A stretch of DNA of 64,000 nt from Nitrospirales bacterium (GTDB lineage Bacteria > Nitrospirota > Nitrospiria > Nitrospirales > UBA8639), in NCBI GenBank assembly GCA_963422365.1, contig OY729426.1:1856001-1920000 (forward strand), read 5' to 3'. Under the pieces are notes generated by a model. The model was not told the origin of the DNA and searched no databases. It was given only the letters and a program-made list of their open reading frames with translations. Each line of letters starts with the position of its first letter. Position 1 is the first letter of the stretch. This document shows, piece by piece, positions 9,234 to 18,063 of the stretch. The translations under genes were made by a program, and so were the position numbers.

Positions 9234-9507
9234 GGCCGCCACCTGCAATGGCAGGAACGATCGACACCTCATCGCCATCCTTGAGGGGCGTTTCTTTTCC
9301 TGTCAGAAAACGGATGTCTTCTTCATTCACATACATATTGATAAACCGCCGAATTTCTCCTTGTTCGTCGCATATCCGGTCTTTTAATCCAGGATGAGTG
9401 ACATGTAACTGGTCAATCAATTCGCCAATACTGTTGCCTGTTCCTTCCACCTCACTCTTGCCTCCAGTCATTGGGCGGAGGGGGGTTGGTATGCGTACAG
9501 TGATCAT
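9226..9507 (-). CDS. MoaD/CysO-type ubiquitin-like sulfur carrier
   Basis: VRIPTPLR..RRFINMYVNEEDIRFL..VSIVPAIAGG followed by a GHG extension. Confidence 0.92.
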   Translation of the reverse strand: MITVRIPTPLRPMTGGKSEVEGTGNSIGELIDQLHVTHPGLKDRICDEQGEIRRFINMYVNEEDIRFLTGKETPLKDGDEVSIVPAIAGGGHG

Positions 9508-10742
9508 GCCATCTCCTGTTGTCCAAACAGTTGTTTAAATTTGGCCAGACTAGCCGGAATTCGGAATGGACGCCCGACCGAATCCACAACGGCTTCTTGT
9601 GTTTTTAATCCGTTGCCGGTGATGTAGGCGATGGTCACGTCATTTTTCTTGATTACGCCTTGCTTCACGAGCTTGAGAAGGGCTCCAATGGTCACACCTC
9701 CTGCGGTTTCGGCAAAAACTCCTTCAGTTTGGGCTAAAAGCTTAATGCCTTCTATGATCTCATCGTCGGTGGCTGATTCCATGGCCCCACCGCTTTCCGC
9801 AGCCGTTTTTAATGCATAGTATCCATCGGCAGGGTTGCCAATGGCCAAGGATTTGGCAATGGTGTTTGGCTTGACGGGTTTGAAGAAGTCGCGTCCATCT
9901 TTGAAGGCCGTTGCAATCGGGGAGCAGCCTTCGGCTTGGGCCCCATTCACTTTGGTGGGCACATGCTTGAGAAAACCGATTTTTTTAAATTCGGTGAGTC
10001 CTTTCCAAATTTTGGTCAATAACGAACCTGAAGCCATTGGCACGACGACTTGATCGGGCGCACGCCACCCGAGTTGTTCGACGACTTCGAATGCCAAGGT
10101 TTTCGAGCCTTCGGCATAATAGGGACGGATGTTCACATTGACAAAGGCCCACCGTCGTTCACCGGCAATCTCGCTACATAAACGATTCACGTCATCATAG
10201 GTGCCTTCGATTTCTACAACTTTTGGTCGATAGATCAAGTTGCCGAGGACTTTTGCTTCTTCCAGGTCGCCAGGGATAAACACATAACATTGCATGCCGG
10301 CCTGTGCTGCATGAGCGGCAACGGAATTGGCTAAATTGCCGGTGGAAGCACAGGCTACGGTTTCGTACCCTAATTCCCTGGCGCGAGTCAGGGCGACGGC
10401 AACCACACGATCTTTAAACGACAGGGTTGGATGATTGACGCAGTCGTTTTTAATGTAGAGTTTGTCAAGCCCTAAAAAGGATCCTAAATTTTTTGCATGA
10501 ACGAGTGGGGTCATGCCGGCATGAAGCCCGACTGTCGGATAACCTTCAATCGGGAGCAATTCTTTGTACCGCCACAGTGATTTAGGGCCGGCCTCGATTG
10601 AGGCTAACGGCATCTTCTCTTTAATTTCGTCGTAATTATATTTGATCTCTAGAGGCCCAAAGCACCGTTCGCAGACATGAATGGCTTCTGTGGGATATTC
10701 TTTCCCACATTCCCGGCAAATGAGGGCTTTCATCTTTGCCAT
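9504..10742 (-). CDS. thrC: Threonine synthase-like PLP enzyme
   Basis: N-terminal CRECG/CERC, PTLSFKDR PLP-Lys, ASTGN, EGSKT, TGNGLK; true substrate uncertain. Confidence 0.85.
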   Translation of the reverse strand: MAKMKALICRECGKEYPTEAIHVCERCFGPLEIKYNYDEIKEKMPLASIEAGPKSLWRYKELLPIEGYPTVGLHAGMTPLVHAKNLGSFLGLDKLYIKNDCVNHPTLSFKDRVVAVALTRARELGYETVACASTGNLANSVAAHAAQAGMQCYVFIPGDLEEAKVLGNLIYRPKVVEIEGTYDDVNRLCSEIAGERRWAFVNVNIRPYYAEGSKTLAFEVVEQLGWRAPDQVVVPMASGSLLTKIWKGLTEFKKIGFLKHVPTKVNGAQAEGCSPIATAFKDGRDFFKPVKPNTIAKSLAIGNPADGYYALKTAAESGGAMESATDDEIIEGIKLLAQTEGVFAETAGGVTIGALLKLVKQGVIKKNDVTIAYITGNGLKTQEAVVDSVGRPFRIPASLAKFKQLFGQQEMA

Positions 10743-10775
10743 GGTTCAACCTCCTTCCTGCATCCGGCCAGGAAA

Positions 10776-11603
10776 CTAGGAGACACCGAACGCTCCAGGC
10801 GTTTGCAGTTGGCACACCTCTTGTTCGTGCTCAAACAGTTCGGTGATTTCCGGATGGTCGCCACACAAGGGACACCTGGAATTTCGCTTCGTCTTTATTT
10901 CACGAAATGCCGTTTTTCGAGCATCAAAATCGAGAATGCGGTTGGTGAGCGGGTCACCGATTCCAAGAATCAGTTTTAGCGCCTCTGTTGCTTGAATGGT
11001 CCCGATGATGCCAGCCACCACGCCGAGGATCCCTGCCTCGGCGCAACGGGGCACGAGCCCCGGCGGAGGTGGATGGTTGAAAATACACCGATAGCAGGCT
11101 GATTGCTTGGGCACAATGGAAAACACTCGACCCTCGAATCGAAGAATACCACCATGGACGAGAGGCTTTTCTGCGAAATAGCACGCGTCATTGATGAGAA
11201 ATTTTGCAGGAAACGTATCCACCCCATCAATGACGATATCGTAGGGTTTGATGTAGTCCATCGCATTGTCGGCGGTAAATCGATCTTCGTATGTTTCAAC
11301 GGTCACATCGGGATTAAGGAGGAAAAGTTTTTCTTTCGCCGATTGCACCTTTGACCGTCCGACATCGGGAGTATGGTGAAGCACTTGCCGTTGAAGATTG
11401 GACAGATCGACCACGTCGCTATCAATTAATCCAATCGTTCCAACGCCGGCTGCAGCCAAATATAAGGCAACTGGCGAACCAAGTCCCCCTGTCCCGACCA
11501 CAAAAACTTTCGCTTGGGCAATTTTCTTTTGCCCTTTCCCTCCGACCTCGGGTAACAGGATGTGTCGGCTATATCGAGTGATCTGTTCTTCTGAGAAACT
11601 CAT
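10776..11603 (-). CDS. moeB: ThiF/MoeB/HesA E1-like adenylyltransferase (copy 1)
   Basis: GTGGLG, SNLQRQ, CYRC, PRCAEAG, CPLC. Confidence 0.93.
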   Translation of the reverse strand: MSFSEEQITRYSRHILLPEVGGKGQKKIAQAKVFVVGTGGLGSPVALYLAAAGVGTIGLIDSDVVDLSNLQRQVLHHTPDVGRSKVQSAKEKLFLLNPDVTVETYEDRFTADNAMDYIKPYDIVIDGVDTFPAKFLINDACYFAEKPLVHGGILRFEGRVFSIVPKQSACYRCIFNHPPPPGLVPRCAEAGILGVVAGIIGTIQATEALKLILGIGDPLTNRILDFDARKTAFREIKTKRNSRCPLCGDHPEITELFEHEQEVCQLQTPGAFGVS

Positions 11604-11624
11604 GTCGATACACTCAGTGGCCTG

Positions 11625-12554
11625 CTAGATATTAAAATATTTTTCAATGCTCAGATACCGCTCGCCCGTGTCGCACAGCACCGTGACGACATTTTGGCCG
11701 GGACTCAACTTTTGCGCAACCTGCTGAGCCGCAAAGACATTGGCCCCAGCGGAAATGCCCACGAGCAGCCCTTCTTTTTTCGCCAACAGTTTTGTGGTTT
11801 GATAGGCTTGGTCGTCGGTGACTCGAATAATATCATCAATGATGGAACGATTCAGTATTTTGGGCACAAAGCCGGCGCCGATGCCTTGAATCTTATGCGG
11901 CCCCGGTTCTCCACCAGAAAGCACTGGGGATCCCGCTGGTTCCACGGCGACGATTTTGGTAGCTGGCGCGCGTTCTTTAAACACTTGCCCACAACCTGTA
12001 ATGGTTCCACCTGTCCCCACGGCTGCGACAAACGCATCAACGTTGCCGTCTAAAGCATTCCAGATCTCAACCGCCGTTGTTGCCCTGTGAATCGCGGGAT
12101 TCGCCGGGTTGGAAAATTGGTCAGGCATACAATATTCTGGATTTTGGGCAATAATGCTCTGGGCCTCTCGAATGGCACCCTTCATGCCTTCCCAAGCCGG
12201 AGTCAAGATCAATTGTGCGCCATAGGAAGATAAGAGACTTGCTCGTTCGAGGCTCATGCTTTCCGGCATGATCAGAATCAGTTTGTACCTACGAACTGCA
12301 GCAATTAAAGCAAGCCCGATTCCTGTGTTCCCACTGGTTGGTTCGACTATGGTTCCTCCTGGTTGGAGTTTGCCCGTGCGCTCCGCCTCATCAATCATAT
12401 TGAGGCAGATCCGATCTTTGATACTCCCACCCGGGTTGGCAAACTCGACCTTTCCAAAGATGGCGCCGCCGCCTTCCGGAGAAAGGCGGTTCAATCGAAC
12501 CAAGGGTGTCTTGCCGATCCCCTCCGTAATCTTTGATAAATATTGGGTGGTCAT
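11625..12554 (-). CDS. cysK: Cysteine synthase A (O-acetylserine sulfhydrylase)
   Basis: NPGGSIKDR, PTSGNTG, GTGGT, PHKIQGIG. Confidence 0.96.
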   Translation of the reverse strand: MTTQYLSKITEGIGKTPLVRLNRLSPEGGGAIFGKVEFANPGGSIKDRICLNMIDEAERTGKLQPGGTIVEPTSGNTGIGLALIAAVRRYKLILIMPESMSLERASLLSSYGAQLILTPAWEGMKGAIREAQSIIAQNPEYCMPDQFSNPANPAIHRATTAVEIWNALDGNVDAFVAAVGTGGTITGCGQVFKERAPATKIVAVEPAGSPVLSGGEPGPHKIQGIGAGFVPKILNRSIIDDIIRVTDDQAYQTTKLLAKKEGLLVGISAGANVFAAQQVAQKLSPGQNVVTVLCDTGERYLSIEKYFNI

Positions 12555-12751
12555 ACCCCACCGCCCATGTAGAACAGAAATTCTAATTTATCGCCTTCTC
12601 GGACCTTCGTCGTTTCGAGTCGGTCTCGTTCAACAATTTGAGTGTTGAGTTCAACGGCAACCATGTGCGGGTCGATCTCTTTATGTCTCAAAACATCCAT
12701 GATGGTGTTGGCCTGAAGTTCTTCGGGTTTACCATTAATGGTGATTTGCAT
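12551..12751 (-). CDS. thiS: ThiS-type sulfur carrier protein
   Basis: MQITING..VAVELN..GDKLEFLFYMGGGV. Confidence 0.92.
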   Translation of the reverse strand: MQITINGKPEELQANTIMDVLRHKEIDPHMVAVELNTQIVERDRLETTKVREGDKLEFLFYMGGGV

Positions 12752-12790
12752 TGTTTACTCCACCGTAAAGGATATGACTATAAACACACA

Positions 12791-12820
12791 AAGATAACAA
12801 ACTAATAACAATTTCGTCAA
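12791..12820 (-). promoter_or_regulatory. Sigma70-type promoter of the thiS-cysK operon
   Basis: Minus strand TTGACG N18 TATCTT, about 40 nt upstream of thiS; GGAG RBS. Confidence 0.5.
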
Positions 12821-12842
12821 GAAAATGTGAAATTACAGGGGG

Positions 12843-13577
12843 TTACGAAATAAGTTGGGGCACCAGGTCTTTTGCATGACCCTGGATGGACAAATCGACG
12901 AGGTCGGAATTGGGTGTCGGAGCCAGATTCAATTCCGCCACAAAAGCCCCATTTTTTTTGGCAACAGGCCCAAAAGATGCGGCTGGATAAACCATGCCGG
13001 AAGTTCCGATAATCAGGAGCACCTTACAATTTCGTAATGCATCAAAACTTTTTTGCAGATTCTCAGGGTCCAAGGATTCTCCAAACCAGACGATGTGAGG
13101 ACGAAGAAGCCCTTCGCACATTGAACATGCCGGCAACATGGCGATGGGAAGGTCGTGGTTGAATGTTACTTGTCCGCATTGAGTGCAACGCACCTTCCAA
13201 ATATTGCCGTGAATTTCCGACAAACATTGAGAACCTGCTAAAGGATGGAGTCCATCGACGTTTTGCGTGATCAGCCAAAAATTGGTCACTCTATTTTCCA
13301 GTTCCACAAGCGCGGTATGGGCTGGATTCGGTTGCTTGGTTGCAATGAGTTCGCGGCGCCAATTGTACCATTCCCACACTAGTTTAGGATTGCGCGCGAA
13401 GGCCTCGGGTGAGGCTAATTCCTCTGGCCGATGGTTTTTCCAGAGGCCCCCTGCACCACGAAACGTCGGCACGCCGCTGTCCGCGGAAATTCCGGCTCCA
13501 GTCAGGACCGTGACGGCGGCGGTCTGGGCGAGCCTTGACTTCAGTTCCTGAATCGTGAGGGAAGAGTTCATGCTCAA
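12843..13577 (-). CDS. cobB: NAD-dependent protein deacylase (sirtuin)
   Basis: TGAGISADSGVPTFRG, TQNVDGLH, HG, Zn-binding Cys, IGTSG. Confidence 0.96.
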   Translation of the reverse strand: MSMNSSLTIQELKSRLAQTAAVTVLTGAGISADSGVPTFRGAGGLWKNHRPEELASPEAFARNPKLVWEWYNWRRELIATKQPNPAHTALVELENRVTNFWLITQNVDGLHPLAGSQCLSEIHGNIWKVRCTQCGQVTFNHDLPIAMLPACSMCEGLLRPHIVWFGESLDPENLQKSFDALRNCKVLLIIGTSGMVYPAASFGPVAKKNGAFVAELNLAPTPNSDLVDLSIQGHAKDLVPQLIS

Positions 13578-13701
13578 TCAAAAATGTGTTGAAGCAGGGA
13601 TAAGTTCGATGCATCTTACGAGAAGAACTCACGGGCTACAATACTCACAGACACCGAAGGAATCGCTGAGAAACGGCAAAAGTGCGGGGACAGTTCCCTG
13701 G

Positions 13702-13727
13702 ATCATTCCCGCAAAAGCGGGGATGAC
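13702..13727. repeat. REP-like palindrome (CATTCCCGC-AAAA-GCGGGGATG)
   Basis: Hairpin; related copy GTCATTCCCGTGAAAATGGGAATC at 38854-38877. Confidence 0.55.
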
Positions 13728-13760
13728 AATAGGAAACAGAGAAGCTCTTGGGCTAGGGTG

Positions 13761-14149
13761 CTACTTGGCTTCGCCTTGCCACAACACGTCGTATCCAAGT
13801 TCCTTGGTTTCAGAACACAGGTCCGTCAATGTGGCAAACATCTTCTTGAAGACTTTATCGGTATGGGATTTTTCATGATCCCCAAACGATCGGTCAATAT
13901 GTGACGATTGCAGAATGATCATCAGTCGTAGTGGAGCGACCGAGTGAGCCTTCCTGGGAAATGAATCCGGAAAACTTAAAAACTTGCCCTGCGAGAAATC
14001 CGCCTTTTTCGTTGCCGTAGGTTTCTTTGATCATCATGCACAGTTCCCCGATGGTACGCTCGATTTGCTCAAACGTGATACCAGGGTTGAGCGTAAGAGT
14101 GTTGAAAAGCATTTTTGCCCCCGAACGGAAGGGTAATGGGACCCAACAT
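13761..14149 (-). pseudogene. Frameshifted small conserved protein (family recalled as 'ligand-binding protein SH3')
   Basis: AGGAG RBS; MLGPITLPFGGK/+1/MLFNTLTL...AIVTY*/+1/RSFGDHEKSHTD..ELGYDVLWQGEAK*; two single-base insertions and a TGA in place of Trp. Confidence 0.75.
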
Positions 14150-14298
14150 ACTATTCTCCTCCTGTGAGAGACGCACAGCTAACACGGATGAGCGTCCTGG
14201 AAATAACGGGGCTCATCGTGAGATGTACCAGACGGGAATCCTCCATGTAGGCTTGCCGTCTTCACACCAAAGGATGAACATGAGACATCTTTGTATTT

Positions 14299-14470
14299 GT
14301 AGGGCCGCATCTCATGCAGCTAAGAAGAGTCATCCATGAGATGCGGGGCCGTTACCCCAGAGGGAATCCCCCCCCTGGGGCCTCAAACTCATGGAATAAT
14401 TGGGGTATCGCGTTACGCTTCAGGTGGCCTGAAGCGTATTTTCATACCAAGCATCAATGGGATGCCTTTC
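14299..14470. repeat. Cluster of four hairpins, the first a GTAG-type REP-like palindrome
   Basis: CCGCATCTCATG/CATGAGATGCGG (14305-14346), CCCCAG/CTGGGG (14355-14380), TACGCTTCAGG/CCTGAAGCGTA (14414-14438), GCATC/GATGC near 14450-14466. Confidence 0.55.
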
Positions 14471-14530
14471 GAGTACGTTGGCTTATGAGGAGAGAGGCAG
14501 ACACTTGCCCGTTTTTCTTTTCTCTGGTTG

Positions 14531-15310
14531 TTAAATTTCGCGGAGGTATTGCTCCAGCAAGGCGTGGTAGGCGCGGATGCGTTTCACGTACTGGACGGGC
14601 TCCCAACCGCGAGCGTACCCATATCGCAGGCTTTTGTAGTAGGTTTTTTTGGCCAAGAGAGGAAGCACCGTCTTGAGATCTTTCCAGGAATTGGGATTTT
14701 TTCCTTTGTGCAGAGCTAAATATTGAGCATCTTTGATATGCCCGATTCCTACGTTATAGGCCGCCAGGGCAATCCAAATGCGATCTGGTTTTCCGATATG
14801 GGTGGGAAGGCGTTTCTCCAGTTTCCAAAAATATCGGGCTCCACCTTCGATGCTTTTGGTGGGATCTAATCGGTTTTGAATGCCCAAAGACGAAGCGGTA
14901 TTGCGGGTTAGCATCATGATGCCCCGAACTCCGGTTGGACTGACGGCATATCGATCCCAACGTGATTCCTGATAAGCTTGCGCCGCCAGCAATGTCCAGG
15001 AAATCCCATAGGCCTGAGCAACTCTTTCAAATTGTTGTTGATACAATGGTAAGCGGGTTTCAATGTGGTGATAGAAACGACGCGTCTCCCACCAAGCAAG
15101 ATCGGGTTTGAGTGAGGGCGGCAGATCTTTCACCGTTTTGGATTGAGGCTTGGGTAACTGGATTGGTTGGGTAACAGGAACGTTCCACCACGCTGATGAA
15201 ATGAGGAGAAGTAGAACTGCACAAGCAGCCAGACCTTTTCCAATGACATCTGCTGTCTGCAGATAAGATTTGGCCTTTCCAGTTTGGTATTTCGACAGAC
15301 ATGGAATCAT
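14531..15310 (-). CDS. Lytic transglycosylase, MltF-type SLT catalytic domain only
   Basis: LLAAQAYQESRW, SPTGVRGIMMLT, ALAAYNVG, GYARGWEPVQYV; N-terminal TM segment; no PBP domain; start uncertain. Confidence 0.88.
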   Translation of the reverse strand: MIPCLSKYQTGKAKSYLQTADVIGKGLAACAVLLLLISSAWWNVPVTQPIQLPKPQSKTVKDLPPSLKPDLAWWETRRFYHHIETRLPLYQQQFERVAQAYGISWTLLAAQAYQESRWDRYAVSPTGVRGIMMLTRNTASSLGIQNRLDPTKSIEGGARYFWKLEKRLPTHIGKPDRIWIALAAYNVGIGHIKDAQYLALHKGKNPNSWKDLKTVLPLLAKKTYYKSLRYGYARGWEPVQYVKRIRAYHALLEQYLREI

Positions 15311-15673
15311 GGGGTCTTGTGAGGAGGATAAATTGATGAATCCCGTATTGGCAAAGGCAGCTTCGTATCCAAGAAATATTTGGATCCTATTTTTGCACGG
15401 ATTGAGTGTGAATCTCAACGGGATTTTCTTGATGAGTGGAACGTAGGTGTCGAATACAAACAATCGGAACGCGCTGATGTCATATATGTTATTCATCTGA
15501 AGTTTGGGGCAAGTGTCTTCTGAGTCAAATTTGTTGGGGTGTTCTCATGGAATATGTTGGTCTAATGAAGGACTTGTGTTAAAACGCGGGGAAAAAGAGG
15601 AGATTCATGGTGAATCTTCAGAGAAAATAAAATTCGCGATTCCCAAAAGATTGTAAAGAAAGGATAAGGAAGG

Positions 15674-16096
15674 ATGGTGGAACACACGTTAGCAATCATT
15701 AAACCTGATGCCGTGAAAAAACGGGTTATTGGCGAGATTGTTCGGCGATATGAAGCCGCTAGTCTCAACCCCATTGCGATTCAAATGCTGTGTATGTCCA
15801 AATTGATTGCCGAAGAGTTTTATGCCGTACACCGCGAACGTCCATTCTTTCATGATTTAACCACGTTTATGTCTTCGGGACCTTCGGTCGTCCTTGTTCT
15901 CGAAGGGGAAAACGCGATCCAGGCAAATCGAGATCTTATGGGAACAACTGATCCCCAAAAGGCAGATTCTGGAACGATTCGAGCAGCACATGGGTCTTCG
16001 ATTGAGGCCAATGCGGTTCATGGATCAGATTCTCCTGAAACAGCCAAGTTTGAAATAGGATATTTTTTTCCAGACGTGGACTTGCAGGTCCAATGA
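15674..16096 (+). CDS. ndk: Nucleoside diphosphate kinase
   Basis: [18 protein letters not shown]. Confidence 0.98.
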   Translation: MVEHTLAIIKPDAVKKRVIGEIVRRYEAASLNPIAIQMLCMSKLIAEEFYAVHRERPFFHDLTTFMSSGPSVVLVLEGENAIQANRDLMGTTDPQKADSGTIRAAHGSSIEANAVHGSDSPETAKFEIGYFFPDVDLQVQ

Positions 16097-16168
16097 CGAA
16101 GCGCTGTCGAGCCATCTAAAAACAGTGCTGCCCTGGGCTTCCGTATTCAGGCAGTGGATCTTCGCCAC

Positions 16169-17587
16169 ATGTCGCAACCCTTTCCGTATTTACGAGCCAT
16201 TGTCGTAACGCTTTCTGTCCCCTGTTGGTTGAGCGGGTGCGTCCCATCTCCTGCCCCTGACTTGGGAGTACAGGCGTTACACAACCAAACCGAGAAGCGC
16301 TCATTACAGCAAGCGGAATTCACGTTTCTTCGAGGTGACTATTCGGCTGCGGTTCTCTTACTCAATCGGTTTTTACGCACTCATCCCCAATCTCCTCGAT
16401 CGCTGGAAGCACGCTGGTGGTTAGCCCGAGCGTACCAAGAGGCAGGAAAGTTGTCTTCTGCCGTTGAACACTTTCGCTTTTTAGCCACCACGCCGATTCC
16501 GAATCCGTATCAGACTGAAGCCCAGCTTCGTATGACACAACTTGTGGACAGGCTAGGGGAGTCGATGACGAATGCATCTATAACAGGGATCTTGGTTTCG
16601 CTTGGCTCTGTCCAAACGCCCAGTGATTTGGATTCTGTGATTTTAACAAATCAAGCAATCGAAGGGTCCATGATTTTTTTGGATGTCCCATGCGGCGTCG
16701 ATGGAAACGTGTTGGGCACCGGACAACCTTTCTCTCTTGAGACGATGCATGCCGCCATTCAGCATCTACATGCTCAAGGAGTTGCGGTGTACCTTGGGGT
16801 GACCCTCAGGTGTTTGGGATGTTTTGCCCAGGATCAGCCGAACACATTGGAATCTTGGAAAGATTGGGAATATGACCCACAGTCAAGAAGGCTACGACGT
16901 TCACCCTATTACTCATTGAATTTTTGGAGCTACCGGGCATTTCTTGTGGAGTGGATCGCTCAGCTTCGCGATCTTCCGCTAACCGGTCTGGTGTTCCGCA
17001 ATGAGGTTCCTGTGGGCATGTATGAAGGGCTTAGTCCATTAGCCGCACGGTTATTTGCCCAAGAATTCGGTGTGGATTTTCACCCGGTTGGTCTGTTTCA
17101 CGAAGATCGATCCGGGCTCACGACTGATTCTAATTCCGGCGTTCAACTCCCTGCGGTGTTTTGGAAATGGGCTGGGTGGAAAGCTCGGGAACGGCTCCGA
17201 ATTCTCCAGAACTTGGTTCAGACCTTGCGCGTTCGTCTCCCCCGTTTTCAGTTTGGGATAGAGGTGCAACTCCAAAGTGTTGCCGACCCCGTTCAAGGGT
17301 TGGTGTCTTTTGCTGAAGATTGGGGTGATATCGCGCGTGGCCCTTTCGATATGTTTTTCGTCATGGTAGAAGGACCGGATCCTCCATTCCTCCATGTCAT
17401 GTCTCAAGGTTCGCCACCGGGATTTTCTGAAGATTGGGCGGTTTCTGTTATGCCTATGGTTCAACACCTGGGGAAACCTGAAAAAATCTGGACCCTTTTG
17501 CCTGGACCGGCCACTCAAGCACGTAGACAGTCGTGGGTTCTTCCCGAAGAAGTCGGCCGTATCTATGACCATCGCGGGCTTCCTTGA
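16169..17587 (+). CDS. Lipoprotein with TPR (BamD/YbgF-like) N-terminus and putative glycoside-hydrolase-like C-terminal domain
   Basis: Lipobox WLSGC; TPR GDYSAAV..HPQSPRSLEARWWLARAY; C-terminal Trp-rich FWKWAGWKARER region. Confidence 0.7.
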   Translation: MSQPFPYLRAIVVTLSVPCWLSGCVPSPAPDLGVQALHNQTEKRSLQQAEFTFLRGDYSAAVLLLNRFLRTHPQSPRSLEARWWLARAYQEAGKLSSAVEHFRFLATTPIPNPYQTEAQLRMTQLVDRLGESMTNASITGILVSLGSVQTPSDLDSVILTNQAIEGSMIFLDVPCGVDGNVLGTGQPFSLETMHAAIQHLHAQGVAVYLGVTLRCLGCFAQDQPNTLESWKDWEYDPQSRRLRRSPYYSLNFWSYRAFLVEWIAQLRDLPLTGLVFRNEVPVGMYEGLSPLAARLFAQEFGVDFHPVGLFHEDRSGLTTDSNSGVQLPAVFWKWAGWKARERLRILQNLVQTLRVRLPRFQFGIEVQLQSVADPVQGLVSFAEDWGDIARGPFDMFFVMVEGPDPPFLHVMSQGSPPGFSEDWAVSVMPMVQHLGKPEKIWTLLPGPATQARRQSWVLPEEVGRIYDHRGLP

Positions 17588-17679
17588 CAAATGTCCTCCC
17601 CGCATTTAAAAAATTTTCTCCAACCCCGTCTCCGATATTTTTAATCGGGAAACGTCTTGCGGGAAAAGAAGGAGTAGGA

Positions 17680-18063
17680 ATGATTCCTGAAGATTTACGG
17701 TATCACGAAGAACATGAGTGGGTGCGGCTTGATGGACTGCGAGCTAGATTGGGGATCAGCGATTTTGCCCAGGACGCCTTGGGCGATGTCGTGTTTGTGG
17801 ATTTGCCAAAAGTCGGTGCCGAGTTGAATGTGAATGAGGAAATTGGCGAGGTCGAATCAACCAAATCGACTTCCAATCTGTACTCGCCGGTGAGTGGAAA
17901 AATCATAGCAGTGAATGCCGAATTACAAGATCACCCTGAATACCTAAACCAAGATCCCTATGGGAAAGGGTGGATCGCGGTTATTGCCTTAGCAAATCCT
18001 GCCGATGTTGAAGCATTGATGACGGCTTCGCAGTACGAGGAATTTCTTTCCTCGCAGCGTTAA
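17680..18063 (+). CDS. gcvH: Glycine cleavage system H protein
   Basis: EHEWV, AQDALGDVVFV, VESTKS lipoyl-Lys, NQDPYGKGW. Confidence 0.96.
   Translation: MIPEDLRYHEEHEWVRLDGLRARLGISDFAQDALGDVVFVDLPKVGAELNVNEEIGEVESTKSTSNLYSPVSGKIIAVNAELQDHPEYLNQDPYGKGWIAVIALANPADVEALMTASQYEEFLSSQR

Noticed and set aside
12843..13577. cobB as part of the sulfur-relay system
   Set aside because: A separate promoter-like sequence lies between cobB and thiS; there is no evidence beyond adjacency
13894..13896. In-frame TGA as possible selenocysteine or recoding
   Set aside because: It replaces a Trp and is accompanied by frameshifts, so it is pseudogenisation
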